DNA of 64,000 nucleotides from Octopus vulgaris (taxonomy: Eukaryota): assembly GCA_951406725.2 (NCBI GenBank), contig OX597818.1, forward strand, positions 87,234,001-87,298,000, written 5' to 3'. Each line of letters opens with the position of its first letter. The stretch's first letter is position 1. The notes under the pieces were generated by a model. It did no database searches, was not told the origin of the DNA, and was given only the letters and a program-made list of their open reading frames with translations. Both the position numbers and the translations under genes were made by a program. Positions 14,020-28,021 of the stretch are shown here, in pieces.

Positions 14020-14715
14020 AGATCCCCTTTGGTCACAAATGACCATGGGATTGCACCTAGAAAGTTACCCTCTGTGGCACAAGTCTTGAGTAAAGTTGGT
14101 TATGGAAGACCATGCAGACCGGCCTCCCCTCTCCATGCCACCAATATTATCCAAGGGTAAGGCAAAGGCCGATACAGCTTGGCACCAGTGACATTGCAAC
14201 TCATTTTTACAGCTGAGTGAACTGGAGCAACATGAAATAGAGTGTCTTGCTCAAGATCACAACATGCAGCCCGGTCCAGGAATTGAACTCACAACCTCGT
14301 GCTTGTTAGCCCAGCAATCTAACCACTAAGCAATGCCTCTTCTTACGCACACACACACACACACATATATATATATGGTAAAGACCCCTTCAGTCACAAA
14401 TGACTGTGAGATTGCACATAGAAAGTTTTCCTCTGAGGCACAAGTCCAGGCAAGGTTGTTAATGGATGACCAACAGTTGCCCATGTGTGCCAGCCTCCTC
14501 TCTCCATACCACTGGTGTTGTCCAAGGGAAAGGCAAAGGCAGATACAGCTTGGCACCAGTGACATTGCAACTCATTTCTACAACTGAGTAAACTGGAGCA
14601 ATGTGAAATAAAGTGGCTTGCTCAAGAACACAACACACAGCCCAGTCCAGGATTCGAACTCACAGCCTCATGATTGTGAACCCAATGCTCTTACCACTGA
14701 GCCATGTGACTTCAC
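14020..14715 (-). mobile_element. Tandem pair of SINE family D; related heads at 12290, 12615, 24178-24570, 54541-54860, 57110-57400(-)
   Basis: GGCTTAGTGGTTAG head with GTGTTCTTGAGCAAGACACTTTATTTCACGTTGCTCCAG core. Confidence 0.75.
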
Positions 14716-16301
14716 ATAACACAGTAGAAACACAACAATAACAACATAACTTCACTCCTACTACTACAACTACCTTCACCACCATTACTACTACTACCAC
14801 CACCACCACTACTACTACTATTTTCAGCACCACCAATACTACTACCACTACTACTACTACAACTATGCCACACTGGAAATATTCTCAAACTGACTATCTA
14901 GATATGTCCCAGAAGTAATGTCCATTACTCCAGACCTACTGACCCAAAGTCGATATTACTATCATCATTGATTTTATAGTTGGTTGCCACTCCTGACACC
15001 AACACTTTTAGTAAACCTATAGCACACAGGGATATGGCCTACCTATGCTTACAAAATGGTATATATAACAAACATTAGGCTCCTGAAAATAAATGGTGTT
15101 ATGCTATCTTGTGCTGGTTGGTTTTGTGGTTGTAGCAGTGGCAGTAGTTATTGTAGTTGTTGTGGTGGTGAGGGTTATAATGGTGGCCGTATAATTGTGT
15201 CTTATAAATTTGCCAAAAGGGGAGAAGGAAGGTCCCCCCACAATGGTGAGGTCAATGCAGTCAATTACCAACCTAAATAGCTGCTGGTCAGTGATTCCCC
15301 TGCAATCCTCCCACCCTGCCACCATCTCTCCCCCTCAATCTCTTTCTTTCTTTTCTCACCTCTTTTTTCACCTCTTTCACTATATCACCCCCAGCTTTGA
15401 AGTGAGTACATCATGTAAACCCTATTCTATTCTACTCTTCATCCTCAGTCTACTCCTGGTTACAGCTACCCATAGTCTATTTGTCACTTCACCCTTGTGA
15501 TATTTTAATGACCCTCCAAACTGACTCATTCCCCTTGCTCCATGTTCTGTTACTCCTTTTCCTATCTCCCTCTCTTTCTCTCTCTGGTGTTTTAACATTC
15601 ATCTATACCCAGAAGTACCCATGGAAATTCCACATTTTCAGGACTATAAGACCATGAAGTGGTTGGCATTTGGAGGGGCATCCAGCTTTAAGACCCATGC
15701 CAAAACTGACCTTGCCTGTGCTGGTACCACTTTGCTGGGTGGTTGGTGTTGGGAAGGATGAGAACGAGCTTCTTTCAGTTTCTCTCTCAAATCTACTCAG
15801 AAAGCTTTAGTCACAATTGCTGACAATTAAATTTTTCCTTTCTGGTTTTACATTGCATATAGATACCTTTATTATTTTATAATTTACACATTATCATTTT
15901 GCTGAATCAGCCATAGATTCATGTGGTAAATACTATATACTGACAGTCAAGATTTAGCCAAATGACCCTCCAACCTAACTCTCCAATTGAATATCTAGAC
16001 ATGTCCCAGATGTGATGTCATTCCTTCTGACCTGAAGCCAATGTTATCATCATTGGCAGAAGCGTTAACATGCCAGGCGAAATGCTTAGCAGTATTCCGT
16101 CTGCCACTATGTTCTGAGTTCAAATTTGCCTTTCATCCTTTCAGGGTAAATTAAATAAGTACCAGTTACGCACTGGGGTCAATGTAATCGACTTAATCCC
16201 TTTGTCTGTCCTTGTTTAGTCCCAAAGAATTAAATATTATCGTGTTTGTTTTTATCGTTGGTTACTGTTCCTGACACCAACACTTGTAGTGCAGTGGAGT
16301 A

Positions 16302-16352
16302 GTCACTACTGATGAGCTTTGATTTTAAGCGAAACTAGACTAGTGTAGTGAT
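16302..16352 (+). ncRNA. Minimal hammerhead motif with GUG at the cleavage triplet
   Basis: tcacta-CTGATGA-gctt..aagc-GAAA-ctag(a)ctag-TG-tagtga. Confidence 0.7.
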
Positions 16353-17546
16353 CTCACTTGCTGTGGGGCAGTTGTTTCCCCTGTCAGTGTATGGAACTGT
16401 GCTTCTTTGCAGCTAAGAGTTATTTTAACTCTTATTTCTATCAATATAGGTGATACCCTGCATCATCAGTCACAGTTTGTGACAATTCAGTTTTTCCTTG
16501 TTGGTTCTATATTGTGTGTAGCTGCCACCTTTATTATATATATGCGGGAAGGACTGTTTCAACAAAGTCGCGTATTGTCCTTGCCTTCGAAATGCGGAGT
16601 AGATGAAACAGGGACAACTGGCAAAGGGGAATATTCTTTATGTTGCATGTCTTGTTTCTCTGTTTTTTTCATTATTCGAAAAAAAAGTTCGTTTTCTATA
16701 TTTTTGTTTTCATGTTTTCATTTCTCATTGTGTTCAACGTTTTTTTGATGTCCTGTACCCATATATTCACCCACAAGGCTTTCGTTGGTCTGGAGACACT
16801 TGTCCAAGGTGCCATGCAGTGGAACTGAATGGTCAGGAGGCAAACTTCTGACCACACAGCCACAACAGCACCTCAAGTATACAAATTCTTTGTGAGTGGA
16901 ATTCAGTAAAAAAAAGAAACCATGCCAAGCAAACCATCATATATATGCTTGTGTGTTGAGGTTGGTACTGCTTTAATAAAAAAGCTCCCCCAAAAAAACC
17001 AATGCTGTTTATGTTCTATGACATTGTAGTTCAACAAGTAGAGATTGATAAAATAGTATAGGACTTTCAAATAAGTCCTGGGACCAATATAATCAACTAA
17101 ACATTTGGATGTACTGACCTATGACTGTAATTAGTAAAAGAATATATATATATGCCATACTTAATTTAAAATATTTATCTGCTGTCTTACAGATAATATA
17201 TATATATATAATATGTTTGTTGTATTGATAAAAGATTATGTCTTCAATTGCATTCCATAATTTAGTAGTCAATAAATAGCCTTAAGAATAATATGTTTCG
17301 TGTGCACTAGATTATGTCTTCGATTTTGTTCCATAGTCTTAGCATTACAGAAATAGACAGTTGCAGAATAATATTATAAATATCTCCAGTTGTAGCTTTG
17401 TGGTGTGAAATTGTTATTGATGTTGTTGGTGATGTTGTTGATATTGTGATAAAAATTGTTGTTGTTGTTGTTATTTGCTGTTGCTGCTGCTACAATTGTA
17501 AGAATCCATATATTGAAGTACCGTGCCATATCGTGTTATTTTGCAG

Positions 17547-17741
17547 AATCACCACAATTTTGTAAACATACAAATCAAAGCACAGCATCGATTATCAGGG
17601 CAGAGTTACGAGTCGGGTGTCTCGTCTCGTCAAAGTTATCACAGTACGTCGAGCTCAAGCGTAGCTAGTCTTGATCAACTTGAAGAGGGCAGGTACTCAA
17701 GCCAAGCCAACGTGGCGGACCTTTTCAAAACTGGCCTTTCA
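17547..17741 (+). CDS. CASKIN: Caskin-like exon (NHHNFVNIQ...HRLSGQSYESGVSSRQSYHSTSSSS...ADLFKTGLS)
   Basis: ttgcag acceptor, TCA|gtaagt donor, 195 nt phase 0-0, Ser-rich segment directly before SAM1. Confidence 0.85.
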
Positions 17742-18282
17742 GTAAGTCCACTTTCATTTCTTTAAAAAGGTTGGGGGGGGGGGTCTTCTTTCTATACTAC
17801 CTTTTTTTTTTTTAGTGGTGCAGAACCCATTTTGTGTATATGTATTATATGTATATATCATTGTTGATGTCATTGTCATCATCATTACCATCATCATCAC
17901 TTTCACCATCACCACCACTACCACCATCATTATTATCATCACCATCAGTTTAATGTCCTCTTTTCCATGCTTGCATGGATCGGACAGGATTTATGGAGGC
18001 AGATTTTCATTGGTTGGATGACTCCCCAAATTCCTGTTGCCATCCCTCACCTCTTTCTAAGCAAGGTAATATTCCCACCCTGCAGCCTCCTGCCCCACCC
18101 ATAGCCAGACATGCTTTTGCAGAATTCATTTACAAGAATTCAGCAATGTTAAGATAAGAAATACAAGCATACTCATACTCACACAGCTATACATATGTGT
18201 ATATATATATGTGACCGCGTGTGTACTGTTGGCGATTTTTTTTTCCTCCGTCTTCCATTCTCCGGATCTTTCCTTTTCCTGT

Positions 18283-18317
18283 GTTTCTGACGAAGAGCTC
18301 CGCTCAAAACGTAAAAC
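18283..18317 (+). ncRNA. Degenerate hammerhead motif (GAAA>AAAA) within an interspersed repeat
   Basis: gttt-CTGACGA-a-gagc(tcc)gctc-AAAA-cg-TA-aaac; a more decayed relative is at about 61045-61080. Confidence 0.6.
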
Positions 18318-18434
18318 CCTCCTTCCCTTCCTTCCTGAGCGTCCAATAATACTATATTTGTTCCACGTCCTCGCGTTGTTGTGTTTTCTCTTTGTGTTTT
18401 CATGTTTGGATTAACTATATATATATATATAAAA

Positions 18435-18681
18435 AAAAAAGGAAATGAAGAAAATGCTGACAAAATAATTTAAGTAATTTAATTAGGTGAAAGTTCTGTT
18501 TACCGGTTGCGCATTTGTTATGCTTATCAAAAGATATTTTTTTAAGAGATATAGAGTTCCTTTCTGATAGATTTTTTCCTCTTATCAGATAAGCATAACA
18601 AATGCGCAACCGGTAAAAAGAACTTTCACCTAATTAAATTACTTAAATTATTTTGTCAGCATTTTCTTCATTTCCTTTTTT
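18435..18681. repeat. Long inverted repeat (94-bp arms, 1 mismatch, 59-nt spacer)
   Basis: 18435-18528 is the reverse complement of 18588-18681; flanked by TA runs. Confidence 0.95.
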
Positions 18682-18715
18682 ATATATGACAACTCGTGTT
18701 CCACATCTCCTTTTT

Positions 18716-18768
<53 letters not shown>

Positions 18769-19499
18769 CCTATGTATGTGTTGACTGTCATGGGGTGGTT
18801 ATCTCTCCTGTCAGTGTATATATATATTGCACTCTTCCTACAGCATTAAAAGATTTTAACTCTTATTTCAAGCTATATAGATGCTTCTGCACCCTCAGTC
18901 ACATTCAGTGACAATTAAATTTCTCCTTTATGGTGTTATATTGTGCCTAGCTGTTTATATTAATTTTTCTATATACACACACACACACACCTACACAATG
19001 GACTTCTTCCATTTTTCCCTCATTCAAATCCATTCACAATGCTCTGATCAACCTGGGTTTATATTAGAAGCCTGAAGAGTATCGTGCACACACACACATA
19101 CACATCACCAGCATCAGCATCATTGTATTAATGTCTACTTCTTCCATGCTGCTTAAGTTAGGTGCTTAAGTTGTTTTTTTTTCCTTATTTTACTATTTTT
19201 ATTTCCTGTGAATCTTAGACTGGATGATTGGTGAGTTCTAAAGTTTTAGTCTGGACATTTAAAGAGGTGTCAAATTGACAGAGTATGCCTCTAATGTATC
19301 TTGACATTGTAGAAGAGTTACCTGGTGCAGGTGTCCCCAACCACTGGGCCACCGACTAGTACCAGGCTGTGGAACATTTAGTACTGGACCACATGGTAAA
19401 AAATAAATCTCTTAGTTTAATTTCTATTGTATTGTCTATCGCAGTCCGCTGGGGGGATTTCGATGATGCCCATTATTTTAAATCCAGGTTTTTTCCTCT

Positions 19500-19855
19500 T
19501 TAACAGGGCTGGCCAGATCTACCTCACTCTTACAGCAACCGCTCTCACCCCATCACGCCAGGTTTTGGGCATCCTCCCTCCTCAAGCCAACCTTCCCAAT
19601 CTTCTCCTCCCCCTGTCCCCTCCACGTTTTCTTTGGTCAATCTCGCTTTCGCAGTCCATTCCCTTTAAACTCAAGCACTCTCCTCAGAACATGATCTTCA
19701 TCCCTCCTCAACGCATGTCCATACCGCCACACCCCATTCGCCCTTGTCAGCTGTTCTACCAATTCCTCCAACTCCAGCATCCCCATCAGGTCCTCAGCCC
19801 TCCTTTTATCCAATAGTTTCACCCCACACCTTGCTCTCACTATCCTTTTCAAAAT
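19500..19855 (-). mobile_element. RTE-like LINE 3' remnant
   Basis: RARCGVKLLDKRR..L..ML...WRYGHALRRDEDHVLRRVLEF matches the RTE post-RT region. Confidence 0.75.
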
Positions 19856-19984
19856 TGCATTATAGTATTATACTTACTGCTTATAATGGCCTGTCAAAGG
19901 GTGATAAGTATCAATCCTGGACAAAGATCCTTTTCCATTTCCAGCACATTGTTTCTGATGTGAGTGAATGTGGCTGACTAGACC

Positions 19985-20470
19985 CAATATGAGTTAGGCA
20001 GATCCTGTGGCACTGAGGACACTGAAAGTGACCCCGAACAACAGTTGCAAGGGGTTGACGACAATGTCTCCTCCTCTCTTTATGCAGTTTCTTGCATTTG
20101 GTTTGAAAGTGCTCCACTCTAGCATCACAGATGGACTTCCATGTGTCCTGATTAATAACCAGGGCCTCCAACAGAATGTGAAGGACACTGCATAAAATGA
20201 GAGACTGCTTGAGGTTGATCTTGAAAGCCTACCTCCAGTCTCAATCTTGCTGAAAATTACCATTTTTGTGAGCTGGTTACTGGCATCCAAATCACATGCC
20301 CAACCCAGCAGGGATGATGACAAAAGATGCAGGCCACAATGCTGTAGATCTCAGCCTTCAGGTGGATATCAGTATGAGGCACCTTGTCCTGCCATGTGAG
20401 ACCAAAGATATTTTGGAGCAATCTGATATAGATAGAACACTTCAGTTGTCTGATCTGATGCCAATAATGG
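19985..20470 (-). mobile_element. Second RTE-clade LINE 3' remnant, frameshifted
   Basis: LQNIFGLTWQDKVPHT...WVGHVIWMP and terminal FQCPQCHRIC zinc-knuckle-like motif in different frames. Confidence 0.7.
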
Positions 20471-22964
20471 GTACATAGTATTATATATGTAACATCATCA
20501 TCATTCAGCATCCATTTTCCATGCTGGCATGGGTTGGACAGTTTGACAGGAGCTGACCAGTTGAAGGGCTGTTCCGGTTTCATGTCTTTTGGCATGGTTT
20601 TTACGGTTGCATGTCCTTCCTAATGCCAACCCCTTTATAGGATGTATTGAGTGCTTTTACACAGCACCAGCACAAATCAGCCTATAAGGTTAGGGATGCT
20701 CAGCTGAAGAAGGTGAGCCTGTACACAAGGGCAACCACACTTTTATTTAGCTTAACATGTTTTTTCAAACACAGTAAACTACCAGGAGTCTTGCTCCCCT
20801 GTCATCCCCTCTGTGAGCCCCAATGTCTGTAGATATTTGCCCTTTATTGTATTTTGTTATGAGCGTGAGTGATCTGATCTTGGAAAAATCGTCTTGCATG
20901 AAATTGGCCCATGGTGCTAAAAAGATTGGGGACTGCTGATGTAAAGCATTCCAGTGTTAAGATATCTTAATATTCCTAGCCCTAGACTGGATGTCTTGGA
21001 GAGCTTCAAGGCTCTTCTTGGCAACCTAAAGAGTTCCAAAGTCATAAATTTGTATTCTGGAGAACTGCAAACTTTTAAATAGGAAATCTATAAAATTTCC
21101 ATAGTCAAAGGATATAAGTTTGGAAAGTTCCAATATTTTAGATGAGTGTTCCACTGTCGTAAAGCAGAAAGTCTGTAAACTACATTTGTGTCGAGTAGGA
21201 GGCGAGAGAGAGAGAGCTGCTGCAATTAACCAAAAACTTTGCCAAAAACAAAGAGGAAATTGATTAAAAAAATTTACTACCGTTTTACCATTCCACTGTT
21301 CTGTATCTGTTCGTTTCTTAATCCATAGTGTTGCAGGATAAGTATTGATTGTGTGTGTTTGTGTGGGCCTCTGTGTGCATGGATACAAACACACACACAT
21401 AGAATGATGTATGATGTATGTGTGTGTGTGTGTGTACATGTATACTGCTGCAAAATAGCATTGATTATGTAAGTTATTACGTACACATACATGCATATTG
21501 ATATATATATATAGATATAAACAAATTTCATGTGTGTGTGTGTGTGTATGTATATATGTGTTTGTATGTATATATATATGTGTGTGTGTGTGTATGTATA
21601 TATATATATACACACACATATATACACTCACTCACACACACAAATTGCTGCAGATAACATTGATTGTGTGTGTGTGTGTGTGCATCCACATTAGCTGCAG
21701 AATAACTAGATATATATGCATATATTATATCTGTATTAATATATAATCAATGTGGATGTATACATGTTTGCATGTGTATGTACAGATGCACACACACACA
21801 TATAAGTCCAATATGTACACTCAGTTACATGTATAACTGCAACGCTATGTACCACACACATACACACATACTCTCTCTTTTTCTTTCTCTCTCTCTCTCT
21901 CACACACTCACACACGCTCTTATGGGTGTGTATATGGGTGTGCGTGCAGTAGCATTTGTCTTGGTTCAGCTGTCAAAGCAACTGCTGTGAATAAAGTTAT
22001 CCTATTTCAATATCACTGTTCAATATCTGTGGTATTGATACATTACTGATTGGCAATATTAGTTAAGTCAAGGGTATACCACCCAGTCCTGAGGATAAAG
22101 CTATTCTACTGAGAGCTGTGTATCAGTGCAAGCTATACCAGTAATATACTGTGGGCTTACAAAGAACTACTTTGGAATATCCGAAGTTAAGAAATCACAG
22201 CAGTGTTCTTGAAATGGATTAATTACATGTTCAGCTGCATAGTTGTACCAGTAATATTCTCAGGAGTGGTCTTTGGTAAATCCCATGGTAGATAATGAAA
22301 GCAGACCTGGAAGAGAACCAGAACTATAATGCAAGGCGTGGCTATAAGGTAAGAATCTTGCTTCCCAACCATATGGTCTTGGGTTCAGTACCACTGTGCA
22401 ACACCTAGGACACATATCTTTTATGGCCCCAGGCTGACCAAAGCCATGTGGGAAGATTTGGTAGATGGAAATATTGATTGAAGGACTGTACACTCATGAG
22501 GCCAGTTTCCTCGTTGCTGTGACGATTACATTCCCCACCTGGATAGGTTGCCAAGCTGTTGCAAGGTTACTCATTTCTACCAGGTGAGTGGAGGAGAGTA
22601 ATGTGAAATGAAGTGTTTTGCTCAGGAATACATCGTCCAGTCCAGGAATCGAAACCGCATTCTTACGGACTTGAGTGCAAGCACCCTATTTACTTAGCCA
22701 CTTATCTCCACAAATGGAAATATACTGTTGCATATATTTGTATGCGTGTGTGTGTGTACACCTTTGTCTAGACATCACATGATAATTGTAAACAAGTGTC
22801 ACTGTCATACAAGTGGTGTAGTTCATTTCCAGTTTTTCATGAAAACCATGTCTGGCCAAGGGAAATAAAACCTTACATGGAAACAGTTGAGTGTTGGTGT
22901 CAGGAAAGGCATCCAACTGTAGAAAATAAAAGGCTTCTTTATTAGCATTATTGTATGATTGTGG

Positions 22965-23375
22965 TTTCCCTAACCTTTGCCCATTGCTAGATATCTCCCT
23001 AATCCTTGTCCAGTGCTGGATGTCTCCTTAATCATTGCCCATTGCTGGCTGTCTCCTTAATCATTGCCCATTGCTGGCTGTCTCCCTAATTCTTATCCAC
23101 TGCTGAATGTCTCCCTAGTCCTTGTCCAATGCTGGATGTCTCACTAATCCTTATTCGCTGCTAGATGTTTTCCTAATCTTTGTCCAGTGCTAGATATCTC
23201 CCTAATCCTGGCCAAGTGCTTTGACTCCCAAATCCTGGCTAAGCTAAGTACTTTGTGTCTCCCTAACTTTTTGTCCCGTACTGAATGTCTCCCTAATCCT
23301 TGTCCAGTGCTGTGTGTCTCTCTAATTCTGGCCAAGTGCTTTGCGATTTCCTAATCCTTGTCCAGTGCAGGATGT
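22965..23375. repeat. Minisatellite, about 29-bp unit (TCCCTAATCCTTGTCCAGTGCTGGATGTC), about 14 degenerate copies
   Basis: direct inspection. Confidence 0.9.
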
Positions 23376-26300
23376 GTCACTGACCTATGTACCAGTAACA
23401 ATACCCTGCTTACTCATTTCCAGCTCATGACAAAGTATACACACGTGTATGTATGTATGTATGTATGTGTGTGTGTGTGTGCATTTTCACATATTCATGC
23501 TTGCATTCTTACACACACTCACCCTGCAGTATAAGTATAGCAGTCAAGTCAACATAGCATTTCATCAACCTAAACATACCATCGCTACCACCAATCCCGT
23601 CAACACATAGCAACAGCTGTCTCCATGCCAACAATCCAGAGTCTGCAGGAGATAACACTGCTCAGCATCTTATTACTGTGACTGCCAATCTAATGATGAC
23701 CGTAGTAGCAGTGGTGGTGGTGGTGGTGGCAGCGGTGTGCTATACTTTGACTGTAGTGTATATATGTATGTGTGTGTGTATATGTATGTGCGCATATATG
23801 TATGCATGTGTGTGTGTATATGTATGTATGTGTATATATATATATATGTATGTTACAGTGTGTGTCTTGCTAGGTGTTACACATTTGTCAGTGTTAGCTT
23901 TCGATAGAATTTGATATTCAGTATTGTGTCCTATAGGAATATGAAACTGAAACCTCCCTGTCTTCCCAAGGATATTACTGGTATTTTATTTCACCATTCC
24001 CTATCCCAAGAGAGTTAAAAAAAAAAAAAAAAAAACCCAAGTTGACCTTTGCAGGATTTTAACATAAATATAAAGACGAGCTGCATACCTCATTGTTTGA
24101 GGTTCCAATCCCAATGAAGTTTGCTGCTTCTTCTTCTCCTCCTCCTCTGCCTTCTCCTCCTCTTCTTCTCTCTGGTGAAGGTGTGTAGCTTAGTAGTTCA
24201 GGTGTTACACTCATGATTGCAAGATCATGGTTTCAATTCCTGGACCAGGTTGTGTGTTGTGTTCTTGAGCGAAACACTTCGTTTCACATTGCTCCAGTCC
24301 ACTCAGCTGTCAATAGGTAACCCTGTGACAGATAATTTCAAGATCACGGTTTCCATTCCTGGAGCATCCTCTGTGTTTGTGTTCTTCAGTAAAACACTTC
24401 ATTTTACGTTACTCAAAGATGTCTAACTCTGCAATGGACAATCACAAGATTGTGGTTTCTGTTCCCAGACAGGGTGACACATTGTGTTCTTGAGTAAAAC
24501 CCTTCATTTCATATTGCTCCATTCTGCCTCAGCTATAAACGAATATCCCTGCAACACTGGCATCCCATTCAGAGTGGACTACATTCATTTCTTTATTGCC
24601 CACATGGGGCTTAACATAGAGGGAACAAACAAGGACAGACAAAGGGATTAAGTCGATTATATCAACCCCAGTGCGCAACTAGTACTTATTTAATTGATCC
24701 TGAAAGGATGAAAGGCAAAGTTGACCTCAGCGGAATTTGAACTCAGAATGTAACAGCAGATGAAATGCCGTTAGGCAGTCATCCAGTGTGCCAACAATTC
24801 TGCCTGCTCGCTGCTGAAAGGACAAAAGGCAAAGTCAACCTTTGTGGTATTTGAACTCAGATCATGCAGATGGATGAAATACCACTAAGCATTTTGCCCA
24901 GTGTGCTAACAGTTCCACCAGCTCGCCGCCTTAATAATAATAATAATAATAATCCTTTATACTAAAGGCACAAGGCCTGAACTTTTGTGGGAAGGAGCTA
25001 GTCGATTACATCGACCCCAGTGTTTCACTGGTACTTAATTTATCAACCCCAAAAGGATGAAAGGCAAAGTCGACCTTGGCAGAATTTGAACTCAGAACAC
25101 AAGGAAGGACGAAATACCACTAAGCATTTCACCTGGCATGCTAACAATTCTGCCAGCTTACCACCTTAATAATAATAGTAATAATAATGATGATGATAGT
25201 AGTAGTACAAATATTCTGCTCAATACCACAGATTTGCTTGTCAGTTGTTTGATCTTAACCAGTTGAGCATGTCCCTTAGTGGCTGACGATATGTGCATCT
25301 CTGATCACGAGCAGAAGTAGTGGGGGAGCATCATAGCCATGTGTTGAGAGGGATTCTTTGGGGTTTGAATAATTCACCTCTGGAAACATGGGTGTTTCGT
25401 TCAACATCCTTAAACAACCCTTATTCAGGGACCTTTTGAGCGGGATGGGCTACTCAACCTGAAGAAAATTCTAACTGGGCCCCACCTGCAAGGTCATGTG
25501 CTGTTTATCTTGATATGAGATCACCATGTCGCGCACATATGGTTGTGATGCATGTGCCTGGTGTACCCTTATCAGACGGGTAGTCATGATGGGTATATTG
25601 GGCTTCGTATATTTTACCCCAGTGTCACTTTGATGGCATGCACTGCTCTCTCACTCAATAATAATAACCTATTCCTTCATCCCATATTTCCCTTTCCCTT
25701 AACTCACACTAACTTGTATTATTCAAATTTTAGTTATATTTACATTTTGCTTTGAATGACAATCCATGGAGCCTCTCAGGTACATTACATTGACCCACCC
25801 CCAGTATTCCACTGGTACTTATTCTGTCGGCCCCAAAAGGATGAAAGGCAAAGTCGACCTCAGCAGAATTTGAACTCAGAATGTAAAGATGGACGTAACG
25901 CCGCTAAGCATTTCTCCTGTTGTGCTAACGATTCTGCCAGCTCTCTGCCACTCTCACTTTCTCCCTCTCTCTTTTTAATATTGTTTTCTATAGTGGTGAT
26001 TGTTGTTAAAAGCAACGAATCTTCTATAACCCCTTCCTTATAGGACCACTGATTGGATATCATAACTAACTTTACTGCCACCTGCCTCCGCTCTCATCAT
26101 CATCATTTCCTTCATCATCACCAACCACCATTGCCTCTTCCTCCTTCCACATCATCATCATCATCATCATCTCCTCCTTTAAGGAACTGAACTCAACACC
26201 GCAAGCTAACAAAGCGGTGGTGGTGGTGGTGGTGATTTATGGCGAGCAGGGAAATTCACAGCAATTATGTAATACAGTTACTGATTACACTGACACACTT

Positions 26301-27027
26301 AACTGGCACACTCCTAATTACAACATACACCCAACCACACACACACACACATACATACATACACACACACACACTTACAGCACTCAGTTATACAGGTGGA
26401 TACACACGCTCACTTTATACTGTTACCTACTCAAACTCACAACTACTCACATACACACACCCTTACACACACGTACACACACACAATTTCATAGACATAC
26501 ATTTGCATACTTCACACACACCTATAGCTACACTCAATTAAGCACTCACTCAAACTCACAACTACACACATGCTCACTCTCATTCACAACATGCTTACTC
26601 AACCATGCACACATACACATACACTTTCTCACACACACACACTCTCACACACACACTCACATGCACACACTCACACTCATGCACACTCACACACTCTCTC
26701 ACAGACACACACACTCTCACATACTCATACACAGCACTAAATTATACAGGTGGATACACTCACATAATTACAGCGGTGGTGCCCCAGCATGGCCGCGGCC
26801 TTCGGGCTAAAACATTTTTAAGGATTTAAGGATTTGTTACCTACTCAAACTCACAACTACTCATACACATACACTCGGATATACATTCATACATACTGAT
26901 AAACACATACATACAAGTTCACAGTCACATACAACTACACACTTGAGCACAACCCCCACCTTTATCTCATTCTTCACACACACTAACATGCATTTACCAA
27001 TGTATTTTTTTGTCTGTCTATTTTCAG

Positions 27028-27138
27028 GATTCGGAGATTCTTCTAACTTGGTTAAGAGATCTTCGTTTTGAAGGCTATTACGATAATTTTGTATCGGCAG
27101 GTTACGACATGCCGACTATATCTCGAATGACGCCGGAG
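27028..27138 (+). CDS. CASKIN: Caskin-like exon, SAM1 first half (DSEILLTWLRDLRFEGYYDNFVSAGYDMPTISRMTPE)
   Basis: ttttcag acceptor, GAG|gtaagt donor; AGYDxPTISRMTPE is the Caskin SAM1 signature; absent from ORF track. Confidence 0.95.
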
Positions 27139-27919
27139 GTAAGTTGGTTTGTCTCCCTTTGATTTAAGTTCCTTTTGTCTCCTTTAATTCTTTTTGTTCT
27201 TTTTTTCATCTCTCTTTCTCTCTCTCTCTCTCTCTCTGCCTCATTATTTTTCTCTTTCATTCTGTTTGCCTGTATCTTCCTCTGTCTCTTAATATTCTCT
27301 TTACATCTTTCTCATTCACTCTCTCTCTTTCTCTCTCACATACACACACCTCTTTTCTCTATCTCACATTCTCATTCTGTCAGTTTACATATCTGTCTCT
27401 CTCTCCTTTTGTCACTTTGCCATTATCTCTCTCTTTCTCTCTCACACGTACACACACTCTGACAATCACTCAGTCTGCTAAAAATAATAGCTACATCTCC
27501 CTCCCTCAAATGACTACTTACCGTATTAAAAGGAGGACAGTACAACACATTGGATAACATGTTCCTGCATGCACACTGTATAAATAAAAAGTAGAGATGG
27601 TCACTATTGGAATGTCTTTAATTCAATGTCTTTGATTCTATGCCTAAATATATAAAAAAAATTTTTTAATATTTGAAAGACTCTACAGTGTTGATGATTA
27701 ACTAAAAAATATCTCAAAAAAATACAGGTGTTGCAAAAATATGATGGATTATCCTTCTGGTCCTAAAAACTGGACCATGGGTGCTAATGGGTTAACGACA
27801 ACACGTGCACCAACACAACACACAGAAAAATCGCTGCATACCATTCCATTAGTATTTCAAAACCAGTCTCTTTTTCTTTTCTTCTTACTTTATCTTCTTC
27901 CTCCTCTTCTCATCACTAG

Positions 27920-28021
27920 GATCTCACGGCCATTGGGATCACCAAGCCAAGTCATCGGAAACGGTTGAAAGCTGATATATCTCGTATGAACATCTACGAT
28001 GGTATTCCTGACTACAAACCT
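27920..28021 (+). CDS. CASKIN: Caskin-like exon, SAM1 second half (DLTAIGITKPSHRKRLKADISRMNIYDGIPDYKP)
   Basis: pyrimidine tract + tag acceptor, CCT|gtgagt donor; DLTAIGxTKPxHRK motif. Confidence 0.95.

Noticed and set aside
16550-16615. Possible hammerhead (ctgtttca/tgaaacag helix with CGAAA)
   Set aside because: The CUGANGA core is not recognisable; too decayed to call
21026-21990. ORFs up to 201 aa rich in YI/HT/CV
   Set aside because: Translations of (TA)n/(CA)n microsatellites; the same applies to 26217-26829 and 29679-30544
23144-23335. Repetitive peptide ORF
   Set aside because: Product of the 29-bp minisatellite
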